DNA of 64,000 bases from Phoronis australis. Its lineage: Eukaryota > Animalia > Phoronida. The position numbers were made by a program, and so were the translations under genes. The DNA lies in NCBI GenBank assembly GCA_002633005.1, contig NMRA01000019.1:235555-299554 (forward strand). The letters are read 5' to 3'. The notes below the pieces were generated by a model that ran no database searches, was not told where the DNA came from, and saw only the letters and a list, made by a program, of their open reading frames with translations. Every line of letters starts with the position of its first letter. Position 1 is the first letter of the stretch. Positions 1-11,002 of the stretch are shown here, piece by piece.

Positions 1-868
1 CCCATTGCATTGATCACCTGGAACCATTTTTATGCCTTATAATCATCAAGTGCAGGCTGTGATAAGACAGTTATCGACGTAAGCCATTGTACTCCTGACA
101 AGCAAAGAATAACAGACACAATGTTTCTTAGGTTCATACAGAAATCTGAAGTACAATAGAAAATTCCAAAAATTATTTGACTTCAATTTCAAATACTAGA
201 CCCCGGGTCCTAGGTTCTCACAACAATGTAAGACCTTGAAAATCTGAGTGAGTGAGATTTTACCATAGTCATATCGAGAGTTGTTTCTGTGGGTGAAAAT
301 AGTTAACTTAGAGAAAACAAGATTGAAGCAGTTTTAAACTAAAAAACAAAAACGTATGAACTCCATCACAACCTCAGTAGAATGATAGAAAACCAAAAGT
401 GTCACCTTTCCATAATTCACTTGATTTTTGTAAAGCTTCATCAAATTAAACCAAAACATTTGACACTCGCCAATGTGTGGCATGGGATGCCCCAAGGTAA
501 TAGTCGTGTTACCTGAACTGTTCCCAATGCACCTCTAACCAGGAAGACATTAAGGTTGTCTTCCTGTTGTGACGAATAATTTTACATAGTATGGTAAAAA
601 TTGTTCAGTTTGGAACACAGTATGGCAGACAGGTGAAATTTGATTTTGTCCTCAATGAAACTAACTTTTCAAGAAAATTTACTTTGCTTTTAACATGGTT
701 TTTATGGCGTAGCTATTACCAGACATTTGGTAACATTTTGAGCATTTGCCGTAATGTAGTAAGCTTCTGAAAATTAGAAATACGGCAATTTTAGCAATTA
801 TTTTGTCCCAAATTGAAGAATTTTTAGCGTAGCATTGATACTGTGTATTGGAGAGTTGTTGTACTGAC

Positions 869-973
869 CGGTTAACATGTCTTTTTTGTTCCTCTTTTTC
901 TTCTGTTTCACTACAACAGTAGTCTGAGGCTGAGCTGTAGCATAGCCTGGCTGTTGCTGATAGTGCGGATTAC
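869..973 (-). CDS. PLEKHB-like coding exon 7
   Basis: TTGTAG acceptor, GTCAGT donor; GNPHYQQQPGYATAQPQTTVVVKQKKKRNKKDMLT. Confidence 0.8.
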
Positions 974-3900
974 CTACAAGACACGGCCAACTGTAAAAAT
1001 GGCTCTATGACGAGATTACAGAATTACAAGTTATGCCTCTAAGTCAAAAAATGCTTTTAAGCTTAAACAAGAGCAACCCAGAGAAGATTCATTAAAACTT
1101 GTTGGATATTGTGATGGGCACAAAAAGAAAATAGCCACAAAGGGTGCCACAGTAGTCAGACCTGTCCAAAATCAATGGCACCAAAGATCTCAATCCGATT
1201 TCATAAGTTCAAATCTCATAATTTAAAGATCCATCTATGTCTCATTAGCAATCTATTTGGCAAATTTCTTAAAAACACACCAAAGAGTTTGGTTTATGCA
1301 ATAGCAACTAAAATTGCCACTAAGGGGAACAATAGTTGGAACTGACAATTGTCAACTACACATCTCATGAAGATCCCGATAAGGTTTAGGAGATACAGCA
1401 GCAGATGATGGATACCAGAGTTGAATGCAATATGTGGGCGCATGAAAATTCAAATAATGTGTCTTATTACAGTAACAGTGCCTCTCTTAAATTAATCTAC
1501 AGTGCCAAAATCAGATCAATTCAGCAGAGTACACTGTGTTATTTCTTCACAACTGACTGAAATGATTAACTTGAATGTATTTTGCACTGTGTGTGTACTG
1601 TTCTGAATAATGCAATCACAAACTAGAATCAAGTATTTCTTAATGACAACTTCTAATGCCATAAGTGCTCCTATGGCAACTTCTAAACATACTCCATCAA
1701 TGAAAGTCAACACAGAAAAGAGCTCAAACTGGAGTTGCACCATAGCGACCATAGTCATGTGAGCAATGAATAAACAAGTTGCCGCTTTTGTATAAGAATC
1801 TCCAGCACAGCAGATCACTTGAAGGCTGTAATTCAATTTCACTGGCCACTTAAAACACTATGTCATGAAGCTGCTGACGTTTAAGTAGACACTCAGGTGT
1901 TCTACAGGTGATTATTACGAAAGGTCATCGACAGAAGCAGTTTACTGAGCATGCGCAACAACTCAGCTAGCCTGCCCATTGAACATCACTGTTTGTGAAC
2001 AGTTAACACATTTCATACATCATCTGTTTGACAAAAACATCAACCTTAAAAGCCACAAGAAAGTAACAAGTTATGTACTGACACAATAATTTAAGAATTT
2101 TGTCATTTCGCTTCTTCAAGCAAATGATAAACAATTACAGAGTATAATACCACACTCCCTCAGGTTCATGCTCATACGTAAGCTTAGCACCCGCCCATAA
2201 AATATGTAAATTTTCATGCTAAAACACTTGTGCTCAACTCAACACTCACTCCCAATTTACATGATCGAGGCTTCCTTGAAAACACTCATGTCTTTTACAA
2301 ATGCCCATCTCAAGCGAATTTTAGCTCCCACAGCGTATGAAACTGACAAGGACAGAATTTCAAGGGCACCTTCCCTTATTCAAGCTTTTTACTCCTGCAC
2401 GCAGGAACGACACGTTTATCTCAATTGACAATTCGAGAAAACGTCCACACCCAGCTTTTCAAAAATTGTTTTTAAACAACCATAACGCCTACCTCGGTTT
2501 TCAAGTTCCCCAATTTCAGGAGCCTGGGCATTAATCTGAACTAGTACGGAGATGTAAATTCAGTAATTACCAGTTTGAACCCACTGCTGCGTAGCATATT
2601 GGTTGTAAGGCTGTTGAGGATATGCCATTGGCTGTTGCTGGGGGTAGGCAGGTTGTTGGGGATATGCCATAGGTGGTTGTTGGGGGTACGCAGGTTGTTG
2701 AGGATATCCTACAGGGCGAACTTGCTGGGGGTAGGCAGGGTACGCTGCCGGCTGGGTGGGATAGGCCCCAGGGGCAGGAGGATGCTGAGGGTAGGGTTGA
2801 TGTTGAAGGTTGCTAGTTGGCACTGCCGTGGGGTAGGGCTGAGATGATCCTGGTCCTGAAATGCAGAAACAAGAAATGAAAAAGTATAATTTTAGAACAG
2901 TCGTGTAAATCATGGTCATGGTCTACTAAACTTGTAACTACTAAATGGTGTGATTCTATTTCCAGCATAAAAAAATTTCAGACCATTACTACAACTGTAA
3001 ACACTTTTCATGAGCACAAAGAAAAGATTAATGTGAAGCAGTAGCAGTAATGAATACTGGATGATGCAAGGTGGTTAGTCACTGGTTTTCCTCTGCTTCA
3101 AGGTAGAATAAAGTTTTCAAGAAACAAACTTGCCTCTCTCAAAACCCAGCAGCATTTCATATCCAGATTCTCTTATGAAGTCAATGTTCCTTAACTTACT
3201 TCTTATCAAAGCTGATTATCAGTGCATGCTTTACTTTTCATCAACTCTCAGCAATATTGTGTCTATTTTCACCACATGAAATTCTTCCACAATTTCAATC
3301 TAACTGCAATGAAGAGATTTGGTCATATTCTTGATAGAACTCACCTGTGTTGAATCCTATATTAGGTGCACCCGAAGGCGCAGGCGGCATGGCAGAGTAT
3401 GGAGGTGGGGCTCCCGGTGGGGGAGGAGCAGAGGGGCCAGCGGGGGGCTGTTGTGGAGGAGGAGGAAGCTGAAAGAATACTCAAAATTTAACTTTAATAT
3501 TAAAGGGCACAATACCCAACTTTCCATAATATTAAGGGGCACAATACCCAACTTTACATAATATTAAGGGTAACAATACCCAACTTTACAAAATATTAAG
3601 GGACACAATACCCAACTTTACATAATATCAAGGGGCACAATACCCAACTTTACATAATACACAACACCAAAATCGATCAGACAAACGTTATGTCTCATCG
3701 TAACTGCTAATGCTGCATTCAGCTGACATTATGAGTTATAACCAGTCACAGTGTCAATATTCAAACTACAGAAGAGCAATAAAATTGTCAACTTTTTGGT
3801 CAATTTCCCTTTACTTCAGTTCATATCAGACAGCAACTACGATCCTGGTGTTTTGTTCAATTTTTTGAATTGGAGGTCCCCATATTTACACTCATGTTTA

Positions 3901-6900
3901 TTACTATTTCAGTAATCCATCAGCTGCAGTAGACTCTGTAGTATTTAGTCCACACTAGAAAACAATGTCCACAAGTCCTGGACACTTGGAATTAAAGGTG
4001 GATTAGTAAAACACAACAGCTTTGATTTACTTTAGACATAAAACAAACACTTAAATTCAATACTTACAACAGTCTTAATGGCTGCCACCCAGTTACTGAA
4101 AGATACAATTTTTATAAAGTAATGAGGTTTCAACAAACATGTCTCCCATGAACAACAGATGCAATCTCAAATAAAATGAGACTTCTCCAGAGTCTCAAAA
4201 TGTTATTAGCCAATTCAGAGAAATGTGAGTGCAACATATATATTTTGTAATCATGATGATTTCATTTCAGTATAGAGGATGCTAAAATCATACTTCAAGT
4301 TGCTGTAATTAGCTCGCAAAAAACCATGTCCCGTGAGACAAAGAGCACTTCTCCCATGAAACATTGCATTCTTCCATGGGATGCTTGAGTTTCCCATGGG
4401 ATGCTTGAATTTTCCATGGGATGCTTGAGTTTCCCCTGGGATGCTTGAGTTTCCCATGGGATGCTTGAGTTTCCCATGGGATGCTTGAGTTTCCCATGGG
4501 GTGCTTGAGTTTCCCATGGGATGCTTGAGTTTCCCATGAGGTGCTTGAATTTCCCATGGGATGCTTCTTCTCGTGCCCCATGTAGCAATACAAATGATAT
4601 GCTATAAACAAGTATGTTTGTGAGATGGGTTTTTCAAACCGACTGGGTTGTGCATTTCTCAAGAACTTTGAGCAATTAGATCATATGAATGACAAGTTGT
4701 GAATTTAACAAGCATGATACATCCCTCACTTGACATTTCGTTATTTTTTGAAAAAAAATTCAAATAATCGATGTCATGAAAACTATTTAGTCTTAAAGTG
4801 TGGTGGGTATTATGATTACATAATAATGAAATTGACACAACATGTAATAATAACCATAAATTTGCATTTTATGACACGTTGTACTGATAACGTCTGCTTG
4901 CAATACTATTTCCAATTTACAATTTGCATGTAATGAGTCGTAGAAATTCCGTAATAGTCCGATATAATGTGCCAGCATTTGAGAACCAGTTTTCTCCACT
5001 TATCAGCATAAAAATAGTAAGCGACAGTAAAAATATATATATAAAACACATGAGTTTAATTTGTACGCTGAACTATTTTAAGTGATAACCAAACACTCAT
5101 TTTTTATACGAGTCATGGTGTGGTTATACTTGTCTGACAGTTGTCTAATTTCCCATGGGAAAGTCTAAGAAATCATTTCATGAAACATTAGAACAAAGAT
5201 CATACAAAATGCTCCATTGTCAGCACAGTTGCCTATAGATGTCTCCACAGTCAGTATCATGCTCTTAATTAATAACTTTTTATGAATTTAGGTGAGTTTA
5301 GCACAACAGAACAATTTTTCAAATCCCATAATGTGACAACGTTTTTGTCTTGTACTGGCTACAAAACAAACTGCGCTCTATTGTAACAAGTAAAATATGC
5401 ACATCAATTCAAAGTTACACTGTACATAGTACAAGGGAAATGTTGGCGTATGTACGTAATGTCCGAGACTTGAGTTGGTAACAGGAAAGGAATCTGATCA
5501 CAGAAACGAATGAAAACAATTTTATGACATTAATGGGTCTATGTGATTATTCGATTTTCTATTATAAAGCCAGCCAACCAATGAGAAACGCAGCTTTAAT
5601 TTATTAGAGAGGACAGGTTAAATTATTTAGATTGCCTGCAACAGTTGCCATTTTGTCATTTTCAGCACATGAGAAGAGCTGGGTTCAAAATTTCTAATCC
5701 TTTAGAACATCAAGTAAAAGAATGTTTCTTACTTCATGTCAGTGTCATCATTAGCACAGAACCAGTTAACATTAGCATCCTTGCTTGGAGAGTCAGGGAC
5801 GGCCATCAGTGTGTTCATACTGCCCCCTGGTGGAGGTTTAGGCTGGCCTGGCACCACACGCGTATAGTTGCCAATAGCCAGAAAGTTACACACATTCTGT
5901 GAAATGACAAAGAGAGCTTAGTAAGGTCAACACAAAAAAAATGAGGAGGCAGTGTGGCCTGGTTGATAAGTGCCCGCTTTCTTTACTCGAGGTCGTGGGT
6001 TCAAGTTCCACCAGGTCACACTGCTAAACCCTTGAGCCAGGTTTCTAGCTCCCCAGCTCGGTTTTAACCATATATCAATAAAGCATAAAAATATTTCCAA
6101 GTGATCAGTGCAATGGGCCCACATGCGAGGCCTGCGCACGTCTGATACAACGTGTATCAGACCGCCTGCAATTATTTTTTAACAAAAAAAAAATATTTAA
6201 TAGTACCCTACCCCTTTACTGATACAGCACAATACACATCCTATGTGAAATGAAATTGGAATACTTTTTTAAATTGATTTCCCATTAACCAATAGACACT
6301 ATTTACACTATGGACAATTTAGAATATCAGATTTTCCCTTGTTGGATCAATCATAAAACACATAAAGCAACCTATGGAATTTTTGGATGTAAAGAAGGAA
6401 GGTTCAAGGTTCAGGGACCACCCCCGATTTAGGAATTTTTTTGCTCTGCAAATTCCTCATTTGTCAACCCCTCTTCCAAAACGAAGAAGTTTGTTGACAC
6501 ACGTCGGTGACATACCTTGATATTCACACTGCCTTTGGGTGACGACTCAGACTGGTGTTTGTACCAGAACAAGTTACCGTCCTGGTACAGAACCAGGTAC
6601 ACCGGCTTCCACTCATCCCCTAAAAATTTACCTGCGAAAAATGCTAAACATTATCATCACATTACATTCAAGACAGTAATTCTGATTCACTATTCTAATC
6701 ATGCTCCACGAAAAATCTGCATGGAGTACATGAATTTCCAAGGCTTGCTACTTGATAATTCTAAGGCAAGTAGACAGCACGGCAACTTAATAGTAAGATG
6801 ACCACAAACAATTTAAAAATCTGAGCATTGCAAAATGTTGAAATTTGCCCAGGAATGCATTGCAAATGGTATGTAGTATCGTAAAAATGACCACTAGGTG

Positions 6901-8246
6901 GCACAGACTATTATGTCAAGCCTGTGAGAAAATGGCCGGCCATTGTTGTCTCCCTAATAGACACCTATTTGACTGTATAATTTCATGAAAATCTCTGGAA
7001 ACAGAAACTTTAGGCAAATGTAAAAAAATTAAATAGTGAAGAGGAGGTAAACCAGTAGTTTAATGCAACTGCGCAAAATTATCACATGTTGTCATGTTCA
7101 TAGGAATACATTTTGGCAAAATTTTACTTAGATCTTACAAGGGGTTTAGGAGATGCAGCTGTGGATTGCCATTAGGGCACACCACAGTACTCGAACCCAT
7201 TTGAAAATCAATGATAGTCTTGACCTTTTCAACTAAAAGTCATACGTCAATTTTCGTAACTGAGAGAGACGTAACTGATAAGAACAGCTACTCAGTAGTA
7301 CAGAATGCATCAAAGATGTCAGGAAATGGAAACGGTTGTTATCTTCTAAACAGCAACCTATTTGCCAGTATTCATGAAAATCTGTCTCAAAACTCCAAAG
7401 ACACAAAAATCTAAAATAACTCAAAGGGGTACAGTGGTAACCAGATCTGTTCAAAAGTCATGCTGTGGATTTACTATAAACTATCACCAGTGCAGTACAC
7501 ACAAACAGTATGTCAATGTAAATGTGTTGCCATGACCACAAGTGGATATCAACATGGAACTAAAAGCTGAAAACAACAAGTGTGGAAAGGAGACCTGACA
7601 AGCGTTCCTTGATAAAATACTTAAGGTCATTCCTATGATCAATCATAAGCCACAATAGATTGGAGCCATCTAGTCTCTGTGTAAGTAATAAGTCAAGGCA
7701 CATATCTTCCAATTCTAATAAAGATCCGTCAAGCGGTTCGGTAGAGAAAGAGGCAGATGCCAGAAAAAACAACCTGTCTATTGAATAACAAAAATGACCC
7801 CTAGGTGGCGCAGAATACATCAAACCCATCCAAAACTCAAAGGCACCTTCCATCTCCTTATCAGAAACCTATACGACAAATTTCATGAAAATGGCATTCT
7901 GAATAAAGACTGAGGCAAACAGAGTTTGAAAATACAGTAGCAGACAGCAGACACAGAAGGCCACTACATGCAAAAAATGTAAAATCTAATTAACTTAAAA
8001 TTTTCACCTTCCTCCCACACGAATATCTCCGATTTTTACAACTGAAAACTATATCACTACCTACTGGCATCAGGATAACTTCTATTATAGTGAGTGCTGT
8101 TTAGAAATAGCCATGAACATCATAAACTAGAGGCTTCCTATATCAACATAAAGATGTCACGGAACTCTTTTAAGTTTGTCAGTTGTAGACATTCAATACT
8201 TACGACTCAACTTTCGTAGATTCCCCGACTTTATTACTGTTGACAT
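869..8246 (-). CDS. PLEKHB2: PH-domain protein, PLEKHB/evectin-like (multi-exon, 3' partial)
   Basis: Exons 8246-8204, 6631-6516, 5896-5733, 4095-4068, 3468-3345, 2855-2571, 973-869 have GT-AG boundaries and compatible phases. Splicing gives MSTVIKSGNLRKLSRKFLGDEWKPVYLVLYQDGNLFWYKHQSESSPKGSVNIKNVCNFLAIG...VNWFCANDDTDMNNWVAAIKTV (PH domain), then a PPPY motif, YPQQP repeats and TTVVVKQKKKRNKKDMLTG. This matches evectin-2 architecture; the C-terminal TM exon was not found in the window. The symbol is a family-level assignment. Confidence 0.85.
2571..2855 (-). CDS. PLEKHB-like coding exon 6 (YPQQP repeats)
   Basis: Lies within ORF 2560-2919; TTTCAG acceptor; the GTAATT donor was chosen by phase compatibility. 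Confidence 0.8.
3345..3468 (-). CDS. PLEKHB-like coding exon 5 (Pro-rich, PPPY)
   Basis: TTTCAG acceptor, GTGAGT donor; LPPPPQQPPAGPSAPPPPGAPPPYSAM... Confidence 0.85.
3496..3659. repeat. Minisatellite, 32-bp unit, about 5 copies
   Basis: Unit AATATTAAGGGGCACAATACCCAACTTTACAT repeated with few substitutions. Confidence 0.95.
4068..4095 (-). CDS. PLEKHB-like coding exon 4 (28-nt microexon, PH C-terminal helix NWVAAIKTV)
   Basis: TTTCAG acceptor, GTAAGT donor; supplies the conserved PH-domain Trp and restores phase 0. Confidence 0.8.
4372..4566. repeat. Minisatellite, 20-bp unit, about 9.5 copies
   Basis: Unit ATGCTTGAGTTTCCCATGGG; it explains the three overlapping repetitive ORFs at 4251-4662. 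Confidence 0.97.
5733..5896 (-). CDS. PLEKHB-like coding exon 3 (PH domain)
   Basis: CAG acceptor, GTAAG donor, 164 nt open frame NVCNFLAIG...WFCANDDTDM. Confidence 0.85.
5945..6065 (+). mobile_element. Degenerate tRNA-derived SINE head
   Basis: A-box-like TGGCCTGGTTG and B-box-like GGTTCAAGTTCC, followed by CCCTTGAGCCAGG; no valid cloverleaf. Confidence 0.55.
6516..6631 (-). CDS. PLEKHB-like coding exon 2 (PH domain, WKPVYLVLYQDGNLFWYK)
   Basis: CAG acceptor, GTATG donor, 116 nt, typical PH beta2-beta4 strands. Confidence 0.88.
8204..8246 (-). CDS. PLEKHB-like coding exon 1 (MSTVIKSGNLRKLS)
   Basis: ATG at 8246 lies 1 nt after a TTTTTTGTAG acceptor; GTAAGT donor; phase 1. Confidence 0.8.
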
Positions 8247-9368
8247 TCTACAAAAAATTCAAGTAAATGTTACACAAGGTCAACTGCGCCAGTTGTGTGT
8301 ATTGTCAAACTTTTCACTAGACATCAAATAACAACAATTTCCAAATCAGAAACACTGTACTTTACCAATGTTACCAATGCGTGTCAGAAAACAACGGTAG
8401 CTATACTTAAACAGTGTTTTCCAAGCTCAGCAGGACTTAAACTTGTCTAATGCGTGAACATTTTTGAAAGTCCACATCAATGCAACGAAGGGTTTCCGTT
8501 AAAGTATTGATATCAGTACAGTACTGTCACTGAATTGCTGCCATACCTGCAATATCCCGTGCCAGTTCATGGTTTTCCAAATATAAGACAGTAAGAGCTA
8601 AACTGGTCATGGAGAAAACCAAACTTGTAACTCCATAAGTCAAATTGGTTTAGAGCAGAACACTATAGTACAGCTAATACATAAAATACTGACAGCATCT
8701 GCAGCAGCTCTAAATTCAGATGACATGAAGCCTGTCTAATAAAGTAACAACAAGGCGATTTTCAACTTGATGCGCAACACAATGTGAAAATTGGCATGCC
8801 CTGAAGTGCATACTATGAAAAGCACCACGGGTTTGTAAAAGTATTCTCACAAAATAATTGTGGTGAATTGCACATCACATTAACTTTTTCACTTACAGGC
8901 GCGCCTGGGGAGTAAGCCACTCACCGTCAAACGCACCAACTGCAAGTTGGGAACTTGCCCATTCTTGACCAAGTTAATCCTAAATTCCATTGGAGATGAC
9001 TCCAGCTTAATGACATAATTTAGTAGACGACAATTTTAACAAATCCTGAGCAAAAACCAGGTTTTTCGCTATTTGTCCGTTATAGATAAAATTTTGATTG
9101 CTTACTTATCTAACTGCAAATGGCCTCTAAACTGCCTCAAGACTTAATTGGCATTGTGAAAAGAGTTTAGGGTAACATTCATGCGTGCAGAGTACTTTCA
9201 TTTTCAATTTGATAGAAGTACTGACCAATGAAAGTTCAGTCAAAATATTTTATCAACATGAAAAAACAATAGTAATGGCTTTGCCACACTCAACACTCTG
9301 ACATACTTCAAAACGGCCATGATAGGATTGAAGAACTTCATTGTTATTATTGTTACAAACTTTAATGA

Positions 9369-9906
9369 TGTAGTAATAGCCGAGATTACCCGACCCAGGG
9401 ATCGAACCCGCGATCCCCATAAAACCGGCAAGCGTGCTAACCATTCAGCTAATAGGCAATTGCCCGTTAGCAAGTAGCTAACAGAGGCTCATATAATTCA
9501 CCGGAAGCACATCTACAACATTCCCCCCTTTCCTACGGAACGGGCATGCGACAGGAAGGTGAACACCAGGATGTCTCGCATACAGGTCATCAACGTCCCT
9601 TGGTACCTTTACCACCACAACACAGGTGAACACAAGGTCGTCTCTCATACAGGTCCTTGACTCCTGGAACCTTCCACGCACGCTGTCCCGAGGTCCGTGG
9701 GTACTAGTTGGCAGTGTTTCATCGGTAGATCATCCGTTTGCCGACTACGCCATTTGTAGTAATAGCCGAGATTACCCGACCCGGGGATCGAACCCGCGAT
9801 CCCCATAAAACCGGCAAGCGTGCTAACCATTCAGCTAATAGGCAATTGCCCGTTAGCGAGTAGCTAACAGAGGCTCATAAAATTCACCGGAAGCACATCT
9901 ACAACA
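9369..9906 (-). mobile_element. Complete non-autonomous LTR retrotransposon (TRIM) with tRNA-like sequence in both LTRs (Helenus-like)
   Basis: Two 152-bp direct repeats (9369-9520, 9755-9906; 3 mismatches) bounded by TGT...ACA. TSD ATGA at 9365-9368 and 9907-9910. PBS TGGCGTAGTCGGCA (9752-9739) lies 2 nt inside the 5' LTR; PPT AGGAAAGGGGGAA (9533-9521) abuts the 3' LTR. No gag or pol. Confidence 0.93.
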
Positions 9907-10506
9907 ATGAGTAGGCGAGTCAATCAACAGAGGGGAATGTGAAAATAAACATTTTGATTAGTTAGTCTAAGTCCCCTCTTGCCTTATCGCCATCACCTTA
10001 ATGAAAAAATGATTTCCGTTTTTAAAATAGTGTCCCAAGAGAGAAATTCAATGGTGACTTCTGAAAATTTAATGTACTTGTCTAAGTCATGAAATTTGTA
10101 ATTGTAGTGGCCGGTTATTTCAGTTCCGATTATTTGATTATTTTTCACGGGTCAAATTTGTGAAGCAAAAGCGGGAAAGGAAATTGGCCCAACCTAAAGG
10201 CTAAGTCTGGATTGTTATGCATGGCTAGGTCAGGACTCATTACACAGACCTTTATTATTAGTCAAATGTCCGAGCTTTGCACTGTACTGTAGGCTAGCGT
10301 AGATCATTTTTCTTAAACACAACCGTTGGCTTGAATCTCCACCTTAAGAAGTTGGAATTCCAAGGTCACCTGGGTAATCCAAGTTCATCCACTGTAGATA
10401 CTCCAACCAAATCGTTCGACCGCGATCAGTGATTACCAAGCATAACCCNCCCCCCCCCCCTTCCAGATTCCGAAGCAAGATGAATCTCTTCCTGGGAGAC
10501 ACTCAC

Positions 10507-10926
10507 GTACATATTGCGTATTAATTAGAATTAGATTCTACGTCTAGATAACCCGAGGTATCAAAAACTCACTAAATAGAACGTCTGCTTTAAGCCGTAA
10601 CCCTCATAACTACAGTACCTGTCTCAAACTCCACTCCTAAAGCGTAAATGACAGTAGAATTGTTGCGAAATATGTAATGTTTACTAAAAATTATTCGACA
10701 TTTTTGCATAATGATTCCTCAGCGGTTTTTAATATTTTGCTATTACTTCACATTTTTATGATTAAAATGTTAATTTGTGACAAATTCACTTGACATATAT
10801 ATTCAAAGTTCTTTTTAATAATATATAAATAGTTAACTTACACACAATAATACAATTATAGAAATATATAATATTTTAATCATGCTATATCGATCCCAAG
10901 TTCAAGGTCGTTCTCGTCGCTGTGAC
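10507..10926. promoter_or_regulatory. Probable bidirectional promoter / 5' region shared by the PLEKHB-like gene (-) and PRADC1 (+)
   Basis: Minus-strand GTGAGT donor at 10506-10501 (candidate non-coding first exon) and PRADC1 ATG at 10927, with a very AT-rich core at about 10720-10890. Confidence 0.45.
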
Positions 10927-11002
10927 ATGGCAATTTGCAATACGTGGAAAACTCTCAACAGGCTGTTACTCATATTATCTTCTGTGTGTTTCACGTCTAA
11001 TT
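10927..11002 (+). CDS. PRADC1: PRADC1 exon 1 (signal peptide)
   Basis: MAICNTWKTLNRLLLILSSVCFTSN; GTAAGC donor, phase 1 matches exon 2. Confidence 0.75.

Noticed and set aside
540-566. Perfect 10-bp hairpin CAGGAAGACA/TGTCTTCCTG
   Set aside because: Short and isolated; compatible with chance and has no supporting context
2575-3561. Plus-strand Arg/Gly/Leu-rich ORFs
   Set aside because: Antisense shadows of Pro-rich PLEKHB-like exons
3496-4566. CRISPR-like appearance of the short repeat arrays
   Set aside because: Units are head-to-tail with no unique spacers, there are no cas genes, and the context is eukaryotic
4251-4662. Three overlapping repetitive ORFs (HGKLKHPMGNSSIPWETQAS)
   Set aside because: They are translations of the 20-bp intronic minisatellite, not a protein
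9386-9846. Two tandem tRNA genes
   Set aside because: The anticodon arm does not pair, and both copies lie inside the LTRs of a TRIM
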